Part shown: piece by piece, positions 52,241-64,000 of the stretch | Numbering within the stretch: position 1 is the stretch's first letter | How the letters are laid out: every line of letters begins with the position of its first letter | Source of the DNA: Camelus ferus | Taxonomy: Eukaryota | DNA: 64,000 bases | NCBI RefSeq assembly: GCF_009834535.1 | Contig: NC_045697.1 | Span: 26,662,001-26,726,000, forward strand | Direction: 5' to 3' | Notes under the pieces: generated by a model | Databases searched by the model: none | Told to the model about the DNA's origin: nothing | What the model saw: only the letters and a program-made list of their open reading frames with translations | Program-made: the position numbers and the translations under genes

Positions 52241-53195
52241 TGGAGTAGATTGAGGGGTAATGGAAATTAAGAAAAGTCAAGCATTAGAAAGATACTTAAG
52301 AAGTAAAATTAATTGGATTTAGTGATTAGACAGAGTGGTTAAGCATAAGAGGCAAAAAAATTTGACTCTTGGGTTTCTGACTTGAACAATTAATTGGTGG
52401 TTGGTGATACCATGAACTGACTTAGGGAGCAATTTTGGAAGAATGGGTTTTAGATGAAGTAGAGTAGGAATGATGAAGAATGTCATGTTGAACATTTTGC
52501 CTTTGCTGCGAGACAGTCAAGGGAATATTCTGGCATACATATGTATAAATAGCCCTGATACTTAGGAGAAAGCACAAGATGGAGTTAAATATTTAAGAGT
52601 TGTTATGAGAAATAAATTAGATAATCACATGGAAAACTCAGTACAGTACCTGGCCCATTTTAATCATCCATTTAATATTATTATTGATAGTATTGGTGTG
52701 ATTAAATGGAAGCCAAGAGAATGAATAAGATTGCCTCAAGAGATGAAGTAAAGTGAAAGAGAAGATGGAGCCCCAAGCAGTGCCAAAAAAAAAAGAAGGA
52801 GCAGGCAGAGGAAGAGCTAGGAACTGTGTGGTTAGAGACATGGGAGGAAAACCAGGAGCATGTGTGTCCCATGAAACAAAGGGAGAAGATGGTTTCTAGA
52901 GCAGCTAGTGGTCAACCATACCAAATGTTGGTCTGAGTTCAAGTAGATTGAGAAGTAACCTTTTTCTCAAATAAATTGGAAGATTAGATCATTGGTGTTC
53001 TTGGGAAATGCTGGTTTGGTAAAGTACTGGGAAGAGACTTGGAGTGGGTTAGGCAGTGAAGAGAGGAGAAGAAATTTTAACTTTTCTACAACTCTTTTGA
53101 AAAGCTTGGCTGCAAAGAGAAAGAGAATAGAACTACAGTTAGAGCAATATATGAATTTATTATTATTATCATTATTGTTTAAGACAGAAGAGATT

Positions 53196-53252
53196 TGGCA
53201 TATTTAAATGGCATATTTAAATGGCATGTTTAAATGTCATGGTTAAATGTCA
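53196..53252 (+). repeat. 13-bp minisatellite, about 4.4 units
   Basis: tggcatatttaaa x2, tggcatgtttaaa, tgtcatggttaaa, tgtca. Confidence 0.9.
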
Positions 53253-53844
53253 ACGGAGGGAGGCTGAAGATACAAAATAGAAAGAAAATAACTGTTGAGA
53301 TAAGATCTCCAAGAAGGAAGAAGGAGAACATGACAAATAAATAAGATGACTGATATAGCTCACATAAGAAACAGCTCACTGATTTATTTAGCCATTTCCT
53401 TTTCCTTTCTTGTAAGTGGAGACAGTCGATGTGGACTAGAGCGTGAAGCCCTTAGGGAATTAGAAGTAAGAACGTTGCCAAAGGGAGTCCTTGTTTGTTT
53501 ACTTTTCTCAGTTTAATGGTATTTGGATATTAAGGGATGTGAGAAGTCTCTTTGGGGGACTCTCTTTGCAGCCAATTTTCGTTTTAATTCACTTACTTTA
53601 TAAGCTGAGGAGGTAATAGTGTATTCTAAGTCAATATCTTGTCTGTGGCCATCAGAAAGAAAAACGACTCCTGCTCATAATTGCTAAAATGTTCTAAAAT
53701 TTATTTGGAGATTAAGAGGAGCATGATTTTGAAACTTTTCTTAATGTAGTGAAGGGCTTTTTGAGGTATATGAGAGGGTATAATTGGAAGGAATGGAAAA
53801 ATCATAAATAAACATCTTCACATTCCATTGTAGGCAGCAGATTA

Positions 53845-54030
53845 GCAATGGGGAAGAGAAATGGATCTCAGTTATGCCACTGACCTGCTGCGTGACCTTG
53901 AGCAAGCTTCTTAACATCTCTGTCTCAATTTCCTCTTCTGCACAAGGAGAATTATAATAATACCACTTTCATATGGGTTACCCTGAGGATTAAAGGAGAT
54001 AATGTATGGTAGAACCCTCAAGAATTATTA
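53845..54030 (+). mobile_element. MIR SINE
   Basis: 'gccactgacctgctgcgtgaccttgagcaagcttcttaacatctctgtctcaatttcctc'. Confidence 0.88.
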
Positions 54031-55211
54031 CTATTATTAGAATGGATGTTTTGTCTTTGCCAGTTCAGTAATAGGAACATGCTGTTTATTTTTATATTCA
54101 CAAATGCACCTAGCTTTAATTCATTCTCTTAAATATCTAACATTAATACAAAATCATGACAATGGACTTTAATATCTGGAACAACTGAGCAATAAAGCAT
54201 TCTCCCTTTTGCTCCATAAGGAGTTGTCTATCTCAAAGCTTCTACCCAGACCCTAAAGATGAGAGGGAAATCGTGTGAGAAGACACAGAAATAGCCTTTG
54301 CCTGTCTATTTGGAGGCCTTCCGTTGTCTGCCCAGGTGCTCTGACCTCTCATTTATTATCTTTTCTCCAAGAAGAAAGCACAGAGAGGAAGAATAAGAAT
54401 TCTCAATAGAAATATTTGACAAGAAGAAAACCTTACCTTGGTTGTCATTGCCATATACTGAATAGCTACTATATTTTGGTCACCCACCTTGGCATTTTAC
54501 ACTTTTGAAAAAGAAACATGAAGAAGAAAATACTCAGGAGTAATAATGACATAAATGAGGTGATCTGTGTTTGGAAGGGCATGGACAGGGCAAATACTAT
54601 AATTTTTCATTGCTTCAGAACCAACAACTAATGAGTCAGATTAACCTCTTTTCCTTGAACATACCTTGGATGAAGGTTAATCACATTCATTCCTGTGAGT
54701 CAACATCTGCCATGTCCTGGAAAAATCTTGTCAACCATTCCAATAATTAGAGCCCCATATGATGATTTTCAAAATTTCCTGGACCATCAGAATCCTGCCA
54801 ACTTCATATGTCTCTTGGGTTAACTCATTTCTACCCAATAAATACCTGGCTGCTGAAAATCTAGAAATTATTGCTTTTGCAAATCAGAGATTTTAAATTG
54901 AGGAACATGGAAAACTGCAGAAGGAAAGGGGAAAGCCAGAGTTTGACTGCAAAGAAGACCAGAGAATATGGATATCAAAACAGTGAATGGATGCTTTTGC
55001 CAACTAGACAGTCACATCAAGTCTAATATAAAATGAGACCCCAGTTCTTTCTTCCCATTTTTCTCTCAATCTAGCCTTTTACCTTAAAAATATCAGGACT
55101 CACACATGGTCAGCTCATCTCTAGACCAAAAACGTAAAAACCAGTGGGTGTTTTATGTGAGTTCACATTTCAACCCATCACAATACTTAATTACTATAAT
55201 GATGAACCAGA

Positions 55212-55370
55212 TCAGTTTTTCTCAGACTGTAATGTGCATATAAATTCCCTGAGGATTTTATTAAAATGCGGATTCTGATTCAGTAGATTTGGAATGGGGC
55301 CCAAGATTCTGTATTTTTAACAACTAATCCTATTGCCTTAGAGATCAAGGTTCACACATTGCATTAATAG
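55212..55370. mobile_element. MER5A MITE
   Basis: 'cagtttttctcagact...aaaatgcggattctgattcagtagatttggaatggggcccaagattctgtatttttaacaa'. Confidence 0.85.
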
Positions 55371-56439
55371 GTTCAAAGTAAAATTACTTCTAATGATCTA
55401 TCCCATTATTGCTTAATCTATGTCAAAATTTTGTGACTCAGAATCCAGTACACAATTTCAGTCCATCAGAATCAGCATAAAAGTAAATTTTTCACAGTGA
55501 TCAGCTAATGCCCAATCAACCATGAAGATTATTCAGAGCTGTCCAGTTAGCTGTCTTAATTATTAAAATTTTGTTGAGATGCATCATGATATCTATAAAA
55601 TTTTATATTTGACTCTCCTTTTAATTTTTCTCAGATGCAAATTTTAACTTTTTAAACTGTAAAATAAAATTTGAAGTGTTCATTTAGGGTCTGTTCATAT
55701 TGCTAGAAAATTAACGTTTTTTGATTATGGAGTGACATAAGCGACATGAAAGAAAATCTGAAAGTAATCAATAATATGACCTTCTAACCAAGATAGAGTA
55801 TATAGGTAAGCCAGAGCAAAGGCCCTTAAGTATCTGACACATTACTTTTAGACAGAATCGCTGGCACCAATGGCATTAATAGTAAATAAAGAGCAAAGTC
55901 CTACTTCAAAATACCTAGCATGTACCAGAGAGGTTAACATATAGTAAATTCTCTATACCAGTGTCTTGAATTTAGCTGAATTGTAAGGCTCTGCTCTATT
56001 TACAAAAAATCTTTGCCAAAAAAGGACCAGTAAGAGAAAAAATACTACTATAGTAGAAAGAGCTTTTTAAATAAGACGGATGTATTCCCAAAAGCCTCTT
56101 TTCCAGTAGATTATTAAGGCCACCTTCACTCTCCATTGTCTTTTTGTCATTTTGCTACACCCAATAAGTGCTAACCTTAGGTAACCCAATAGTCTGTGTT
56201 CTCAGTGCCTGCATTCAAGTAGCTCAGATCCTCTGGGGCAAATCACATCACCAGGTTGACTGATAGCACTTTCAATTTGTAATTCCAAGTCTCTGCTGAG
56301 TTCTTGACATCCCTTATGACCTTATCGTATTATTCCAGTCACTGCATTCCAATCAGTTTCTGGAGAGACTCTTTCTGCCCTTTATACTCCTTAGATGGCA
56401 GACCCCTCCTTTGTCTCCTCCACAATCAGTGGATGGTCT

Positions 56440-56700
56440 TAGTGAAATGCGGCTTGTAGTCAAGATTGCAGGCTCTAAAAGTAAGCTTTTTGTATTCAGG
56501 ATTCAGCAATTTATCTAAATGCAACCTTAGGCAGACATTTGTGTTTTTACACTTTTGTGCCTCAGTTACTTACTGAATAAAATATAGACAATAATATTTC
56601 CTGCTTCATAAGGTTATTGTAAATAGTAAATGAGTCAGTATATGTAAATCTTTAAAAATAACACCTGCTTTCAATAAACCATCAATAAAAGTTTACTATA
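56440..56700 (+). mobile_element. MIR SINE
   Basis: 'tgtgcctcagttact...cttcataaggttattgtaaatagtaaatgag'. Confidence 0.7.
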
Positions 56701-56786
56701 ATTCTAATTACATTTTCACAGGAAAAATAAAAGCTAATGGATCAATGGATAGAAATTTCCTTAACTACCCAATCCCATAACAACAA

Positions 56787-56922
56787 ATCCATCTGCATCC
56801 TCGTGACTTCATCTCAATCTAATTTCCTCCAAAAGGTCTTACTTCCTAATACCATCAAATTGGGGTTAGGGTTTTAATATATGAATTTGGGGCAAACAAG
56901 CACAAACATTCAGTCTGTGACA
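56787..56922 (-). mobile_element. MLT1A-like LTR 5' fragment
   Basis: 'cttcctaataccatcaaattggggttagggttttaatatatgaatttgggg...aaacattcagtc'. Confidence 0.8.
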
Positions 56923-57152
56923 ACAACCTACGACTAACTGGCTCCCACCCAAATCCTCTAGGAAAGGTTACAAATAATTTCTGTGTTACTAAATCTGGTG
57001 ATCACTTTACTGAGCTCTTCTCAGGGTTCAACATTGACTCCCTTTTCCTTTGACTTCTATAACATTATACTTCCACAACTTTCTTCTTATCTTCTTACCT
57101 CCTTCACTATCTACTCCATAGCTCATGCCAGAAATGTCACAGTATCCAGTCA

Positions 57153-57196
57153 CCAAGTCTGGTGATTCTCCATCCAAGTCTGGTGATTCTCCATCC
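57153..57196 (+). repeat. Perfect 21-bp tandem duplication
   Basis: ccaagtctggtgattctccat x2. Confidence 0.95.
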
Positions 57197-57919
57197 TAAA
57201 TAGTTAAACACATCCCTTTTCATGACTACTGATGCCATCATAGACAAAATGATATTCTACCTAACCATCTGAAATCCCTTTTTCATTCTCCACACAGCAT
57301 CCAGTGATCATCTTAAAACCTTATCATATAGCTCTCCTTAAAATCATTCACTTGCTGTTATTTTTAGGTTAACAATTACATTTCTACATTTATTTTAACT
57401 TTATTATAAAAAATCCAATATACTTCAAAGTAGGGAGAATATTATAATTATTTCCCATGTATTCATCATCTAGTCCTAACATTGTTATAATTGTATCATT
57501 TTTCCTTCATCTACTTTCTCTTTGCTCAATTACTTTATTATTGTGGTAAAATATACACAACATTTTAACCATTTTTAAGTGTACCATTCTATTGTACTAC
57601 ATACACATTGTTGTCCATCCATCACCTAAAGATTACATTTTTATGGCATGACAAGTATGACAAGCATGAACTGTTCTCCACTCTAGGTCACAATGGTCAA
57701 GTCAGTCTGGCATTTATACACTTCCTCGTATGTGCCAAACTGGCTCAAAGCCTTCCCATAGGCTTTTCCCTCTGCTTAAAATTATCTTTCCCACTGGTTT
57801 ACTAGCCAAATCCTACTCAGTGTTGAAGATTCAGCTTAAACATTAGTCCTTTCCCTAGTAATGCATACTAGATGAGGTCTCTAGGTACATGTTCTTGCTA
57901 TGCTTCCAACTTCTATATA

Positions 57920-58292
57920 CAGAGGCAATATAGCATGGGCCAAACTCTAGTGCCAGACTGCCGGGGTTTGAATCTTGGCTCTGTGTGACCCTGGGAAAGT
58001 CACTGTATGTCTCTGTGTCTCAATTTCTGTCTGTCAAATGGGGATAAAAGGACCTACCTCTAGGTTATTTTAAGAATTATTTAAGTATTTAGACTATGGC
58101 AGGGAACTTAGTGTTACATAAGTATGAGCAGTTACCACTCTTCTTCAAAGTACTTAATGGATTTTGTGCAAGTTTGGTTAAATGTCTGTCTGCCGCCATG
58201 GAGTCTCTCTTGGTTACCACCACATCTGCAGAGCCTAGAATGGTGCCTGTCACATCAGTGCTCAATCAAATTTGGTTAAAAAATTGAATGAA
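57920..58292 (+). mobile_element. MIR followed by an L2 3' end
   Basis: 'gggtttgaatcttggctctgtgtgaccctggg'; 'gcctagaatggtgcctgtcacatcagtgctcaat...tgaatgaa'. Confidence 0.8.
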
Positions 58293-59184
58293 GCCTTCAG
58301 GTCTCTTCTTAAATATTACCAGCTCAGACCATTATTGTAAATATCAAATTAAAGAATTAATGAAAATTTTCTTCTAAGCTTTAAATCTCAATGCACATCA
58401 AGATACTGTTATTGGGAAGATCAAGCATAAACAAACAAAAGTAAACTGCACTTTAGATGATGAGGAAACACGTATTAAATTGCCACAATGCATAGTATGT
58501 ATTTGTGTATCCCAAAAGGAGTTCCTTGAAATGCTAGTTTAAGAGAAAATAGGAAATTTTTACTTAGATTAATAAATTTGGAAAATGCTCCAAATAATTG
58601 TCCCCCTCTTCCTTTGTCATTTCACAATATATATTACCCTATAAAGCATTAAAAATAAAATAATTAGAATTTTTTAACTCTGAATTTTATCAAATTATTT
58701 TTTCTGACCATAAAACATTTTTTGCAAATTACCTATTAATTAGCCATAGATTCTAAGCTTCATTGAATCTAGCTTGGTAAATCCCAGGATAGAAATGATA
58801 TGATTTTATCAAGAACAAGATCATTGTAGATTCAAGGGGTCTGAGAATGCTTCAGGTGCAAGTTGGAATGTGAGCCAGGCAGAAGAAAGAATAGTATGTG
58901 GAAAGGCAAAGAGAAAGTGCATTCCACAGAGAGATAACAAAATGTTAACCACAGAAATGGGACTTTTTTGGTAAATGTATTGCTGAACTAATCTTGATAT
59001 CAAGTCTCATAGTCTTGCCAATTTTTTAGGATGTTCAATAACAATTATAAATGTTTATTTAATTTCATAGAGAAGCTGAGAATTGAACTAGCACTTAAGG
59101 AGGGATGCATTGGGATAAGTGGTGTGAAGAAGAGAAAAAATATAAAGTTTTCTGAGAAGGAGGGGAAAGAGTGGACAGGCAGAT

Positions 59185-59390
59185 TTGCATTTATTGAGAG
59201 TCCTCCACTCAATACTTTTCTGTATATGTTATCAGTAAATCCCCCAACAGCAATCCTCTAAAACAGTTATTACTATCTCCCTTTTACAAATGAGTAATCT
59301 GAGGCTCAAAGAGCTTATGTGATATGGCCAATAACACACAGCAGAGTTTTGATCGTAGTCCAAAATATATACTCCTACTACATTACACTA
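59185..59390 (-). mobile_element. MIR SINE
   Basis: 'ttttacaaatgagtaatctgaggctcaaagag'. Confidence 0.8.
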
Positions 59391-59566
59391 TCTCCTAAAT
59401 TCAATTAAAATTAAACATACACACACTTTTCTGTCCTTCTTGCCATCACCACTGCCATCTGATTACACCCTCCATACTATCTTTCATACCCATATACCTG
59501 CCCCTCCCTTGCTGCATCTCCACAAAGACACACAGAAAATGTGCTCTTCATTTTTATGACTATAGT

Positions 59567-59875
59567 TTCACTGTCCTGTAGGGCAGCCGCAAGCCATACA
59601 TGGCTATGGAGCACCTGAAATGTGGCTAGTCCAAATTGAGATGTGCTGTGGCATAAAATACACACCAGATTTCAAAAACTTAGACTAAAAAAAGAAAGTA
59701 AATTAATAATTTTTATACTTGTTTCATTTTTAAAGAATATTTTTGAGTATACTGAATTAAATGTACCATTATTAGAGTTAATTTCGCCTGTTTCTCCTTT
59801 TTCAAGCAACTAGTAGACAATTTTTAATTACATAGGTTTATTAATGCTACATATTATATTTCTATTGTACAGTTT
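59567..59875. mobile_element. MER33 hAT-Charlie MITE
   Basis: 'agccatacatggctatggagcacctgaaatgtggctagtccaaattgagatgtgctgt...aaaatacacaccagatttc'. Confidence 0.85.
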
Positions 59876-61784
59876 TGGAACATAGTATAAACTTTTTTGT
59901 GTCCTTTTACAAATTGTACTTGAAATTCCCAAGATTTCTGTCACAGGATTAATTCGTTAACAAGTCCTCTTAAATGTCTGACACATTAACCATTATCTTT
60001 TTTGAATGAATTTATCAGAAATTAGCCCAACTTAGCCAATCTGGAAAGGCCCTGAATGAATGGGGCTGAGGTGGACAAAAGACTTTGACTCAGGTAGAAT
60101 CAAGTTTAGGTACAGAAAGTGGGAGAGATGAATGGGTACTGGGTTTGGGGCTTCAGGAAGGTTCCTTGGTTGGAAGGTTGGCAGAGAGTGAGGGGCTCAA
60201 GGAAGTTGGAGGAAAAAAAACTGCAAAATAAAAGAATTGCCAACATGGAAGTGCATCCAGGATGGGTCCTAAACATCCAGTTTCATGGCTTTTCCTTTAA
60301 GGGTCTGGTTTTGTTCCATAAAAGTTATGATCTTAATGCCGAAGGTAGACTCTGATTCCATCACTCTGAGTAAGGCTTCAGCTCTGCAGTCAGACCAGGG
60401 CTTTCTGGCAGCCCTTGGACTCGTCAGGCACCATGGACTTGGATGGGTGTTTGCTTGAGGGAGAGCTGCAGTGGTAGCACCCTCGGTGAACAGCCCAGTG
60501 ATGCTGTGAGTTCAGTGTTTCTGGGCTCAGAAGAGGAAAAAGAATGACAAGCAATATACTCTCCCCTCAGTTTTTCTGAAGAATATTATCACTATTCCTG
60601 GTAATAGGAACCTCTTTTTCTGTCAGTTTTCATTTAGTTGTTTCATTATACCTAAAAATTCATCCCTAATGTGGAAACAGTTTCTTCGGACATATTACAA
60701 TCAGGTGCTTATCTGAGTACTCCTCAGACTGAACTTGAGAAATTGATCGTGTGCTTTAATTACAATTTAAAACGTAGCAAGTGGAGAAGAAAATGGCACT
60801 ACTTTAGATCCTTTTGTTCTATGTAATTTAGCATTTAGCCACCATTGTATGTAAATTCCCAAAGGGAAATTGAAAGGATAAAATGTGATTTTAAAGTAGA
60901 GACTATAATCTTATCTTTTAAAATGTTGTTTTTACATAAATAACAATATATTTTGCATGTTGTAAAAAGGAAATGAATTTAATTGCATTAAGCGATGAGG
61001 AAATACTGGGCTAAGGGTCTCAGCCCCAAGATTATTTACTGGGTCATCTTGGTCCAATTACTTCATGAAGTTTGTTTCTCTTTTATAACATGAAGATAAT
61101 TAAATTTCTCTCCTGGGGTTAGGGTGAGGGGAAAAAATGGACAGATTATAAGTTACAACACACACCACCACCTGGAACAGAATAAATGATAACTTTCTCA
61201 ATGTTCTCCCTCCATATTTAAAGTAAAGGGCATTGTCTCATTCATGCCTCATTCATGAATCAGAACCTGTTAGAATAATTCAAAGTCTTCTTGGTAAATT
61301 CCTAAGTCCATTGTTCCAGCCACAGAGCATTCTATGGAATGCCCTGTCTGAAAGGCCACTCCCTCTCTGGCACACTCATAGGCACTCCTTCTGCCTCTCT
61401 TGCTTGCAAAATAAGATGGCAATATTTTCTATCCCAGGTGGGCTATCAGCTTTTCCTTCTCAACATTTGCATCTTTGTCTCTATCTCTGTCTCTGTCTAG
61501 TAGCCCTTCCTCAAGAAAGCAGCCTTCATTTTGCACTTGAGTCATTAACTAGAGAGTCTTTTGGAGACTGTGATATGATGGCAGGACCAGAGGTTTTGTC
61601 TCAGCCTCCAAGATAGTGGCATTTTTTTCTCTCCTGGAAAGTCACAGGACCACTGATATCAGTTCATTAATCAGAAAGAGCTTTCAAATAAGCAGAACCT
61701 TCCAAAAATGGGTCCAGCAGCCTCAGGAGGTAATAAGTTTGCCATTATTGGAGATGTTCCAGCGGATGCTAGAAGACAACTTGT

Positions 61785-62100
61785 TTATTCACTGAGTAAA
61801 TATTGAATGAGTTCCCACTTTGTGTCTGTGATGGGGTAACAGGAGCTAGAAAAAGAATAAGACAAGTTCCCTCAAGTCAAGGTGCTCCTGATCTAGTCAG
61901 GGAAACAAACACAAAAGCTGATAACGTTGTACCACTCGTACCTTGTGAAGACTTCTCATAGAAAAGAATGTCCAAGAGAGATCCAAAGGCAAAATGAAGA
62001 TTAAAAGGGCAGACGAAAACATGTTTAGACAAAGAAACAGCATTTAAAAAGTCTAGAGTGAAGGAAAAAATAAGGCTCCAACAAAAAAACTCAAAACATG
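61785..62100 (-). mobile_element. L2 3' fragment
   Basis: 'ttattcactgagtaaatattgaatgagttcccactttgtgtc...aataagacaagttccct'. Confidence 0.6.
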
Positions 62101-62769
62101 AAGACAACAAAAGAGGTGGGTATGGCTGAAAAGGAACTTGGAAAGATAAACAGGGATTCAGACAAGGAAATTTGAAGAACCATATGCACATGTGAGTTTA
62201 CATGTGAAGCCAGGATCCACTGGTGGTTTTCAGCAGACTCTGTGCTTGGGAGTCTAGCCCCAGCCCTGAACTCTGAGGGGTTGAATGGAAACCTGCTTGG
62301 CTCCTGTCTTTGCATCTCCAGTCCAGGGGAGGGCTCTCTCTGGCAGAGGGCTGTTGACATCTCTGACCTGAGTGTATGAAAGGAAAGAGACAGTTGTTCT
62401 CAAATTGCTGACTTTTTTTTTTCCATTATCATTTCTCTTAAACAGCCAGAGGAAAAGAAATTTTCCAAGCAGCCATCACAAAGCCTATAGGAAAATGAGT
62501 GCCCCATCAACCAAAGATCTATTTAGTGATTATCAAGGAGGAAAAAAATCCTTTTCAAAGACTCTGTTTGCACCCCAAAGATAAATTTACACTTTTAGCA
62601 AAAGAAAAAAGAATATATAAGAAAGATACCTCAGAGGTAAAAAATCCTGTATTACTGACCTTTCTAGGAATGGGTTAATTCCTTCCTGCCCCCCAACCCC
62701 CAACTGCATAGTCACAAAGACATAAAAAAGTCTAGTAGAGAGAATGGCTCAATCTTTTTTCCTCTAAAT

Positions 62770-63178
62770 AACTAATTTCTTATTAGTATTTACTATGTGC
62801 AAGAAACACATTAAATGTTTTACATGCATTGCTTTATTTAATCCTCACATGACTGAGAAGTAGGTATCACCATTATTCTCATTTTATCAATAGGTAAACT
62901 GAGGCTAAGTGAGGTTGATAAACTCGCTTACCACCACAAAGCAAGCAGTGATGGAGCCAGGGATTCAGACTCAGAATCTTGACCACTACACAAGAGTTTC
63001 AAGAGGCAGAACTTACACTACCTGCACCAGCAGTATCTGGAGTGCTTGTTTAAGATGCAGATCCTTCAGGCCCAGTCCAGGCCTACAGATCAGAATTTAC
63101 ATGAGTGAGTCCAGAAATCACATTTTAATCAAGCAGCCAATGTGATTCTTTTGAGCACAGAAATTTGATAAGCATTCC
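62770..63178. mobile_element. MIR (minus strand, ~62770-62990) followed by MER5A (~62993-63178)
   Basis: 'ggtaaactgaggctaagtgagg...ggagccagggattc'; 'ctggagtgcttgtttaagatgcagat...cattttaatcaagc'. Confidence 0.8.
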
Positions 63179-63469
63179 ACTTTACTATTCAAAATGACAC
63201 TGGCAGATTAAAGTAACTGTCCCAGGACTCTAGAGGAGAAAAATGACCAAGGTAGGAACATTAGCTTTTTGTTCTCTCTGAGTGTGCTTGTTCAGAGCAA
63301 CAAAATTGTCCAATTGGAAAAGGTGAAATCTAGCTGCTACTTGCCTCAGTGCTACAGCTGTAGTTAAAACTGGGCTGCTCCCCACATTTGGTGCCTTGTG
63401 GTACCCCTGCTCTTGTGCCTGGAGAGGCCTTTCCTTTCCCAACCGACGTTATTGATAGCACCACAGTGA

Positions 63470-64000
63470 AGAGCAAGGAGCTACACCCATGGGGCCTGGG
63501 CTCCCAGTTCTGTCCCTCACTAACTGTGTAAAAATGGAAGAGTCATTTACATTCTCTGGGCCTCAGTTTTGTCATTTATGAAATGGGGATAATTAATGCT
63601 CAGGGAACAGCTTTAGGGCATAGAGTAAACTTCATCTGATGTTGTATGTGATATTCATGTAGCCTAAAGCCTGATGCCTAAGAGGTGCTCAGAAGACGGT
63701 GATGGTGGTTTTTACAAGTAGCCCAGCCCTCTGGCTATTCCTTCTGTTTTCTGCCCAATTTTAGGATAACAGGCAAAGAGCCTTGGCTTTTCAGTTGAGC
63801 AAATGTGAGTTCAAGTCCTGACTCTGTCAATCACTAGCTATGAGATCTTGGGCAAGTTAAGTTACTTAAGTGCTCTAACTTTTATCTTTTCATTTATGAC
63901 ACAAGGACAAATTTCTGCTTCTTAGAATTCTTTTAAGAATTAAAAGAAATAAAGTATGCAAAGTTCCTAGTACATGGTAGACACTCAACATCTGTTGTTT
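63470..64000 (+). mobile_element. Two MIR SINEs (~63470-63690 and ~63775-64000)
   Basis: 'ctctgggcctcagttttgtcatttatgaaatgggg'; 'gagttcaagtcctgactctg...atcttgggcaagtta'. Confidence 0.85.

Larger units (their letters stand above)
51870..53300 (-). mobile_element. L2 LINE continuation, interrupted by MER20
   Basis: 'ggattttattctataggc', 'gggtttctgacttgaacaat', 'gggaggaaaaccaggag', 'agtggtcaac'. Confidence 0.75.

Noticed and set aside
54437..54501. Minus-strand exon candidate with a strong AAG/GTAAGG donor
   Set aside because: Weak AAAG acceptor and stop codons in all three frames; could only be non-coding and has no other support.
1..64000. CRISPR arrays, operons, rRNA, CpG-island promoter, proviral gag/pol/env
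   Set aside because: None seen. The sequence is mammalian non-coding DNA and the recognised LTRs are solo or fragmentary.

Overview
AT-rich, CpG-poor eutherian genomic DNA with no CpG island and no recognisable protein-coding exon, so intergenic or deep intronic. Two tRNA-Ala-derived SINEs match the camelid Vic-1 family as I recall it, so the source is probably a camelid. Much of the window is decayed transposons: L1 of several ages, L2, MIR, solo LTRs (MER31-like, MER41-like, MLT1A, MLT1D, LTR16-like) and hAT/Tigger MITEs (MER5, MER20, MER33, MER82). The listed ORFs appear to be chance ORFs, L1 ORF2 fragments or microsatellite artefacts. I found no convincing new biological system. The most unusual structures are: a local half-direct, half-inverted duplication (30708-30916 copied to 32681-32885) with a patchwork junction; a ~600-bp apparently unique insertion splitting an ancient L1 (27145-27905); two L1s with twin-priming-type inversions; a purine tract bracketed by opposite-strand G-quadruplex arms; a haematopoietic-type motif cluster at 16.4-16.65 kb; and a candidate small exon at 47215-47247. 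Repeat family names come from recognition by eye, not from a database search, and boundaries without a stated TSD are approximate.
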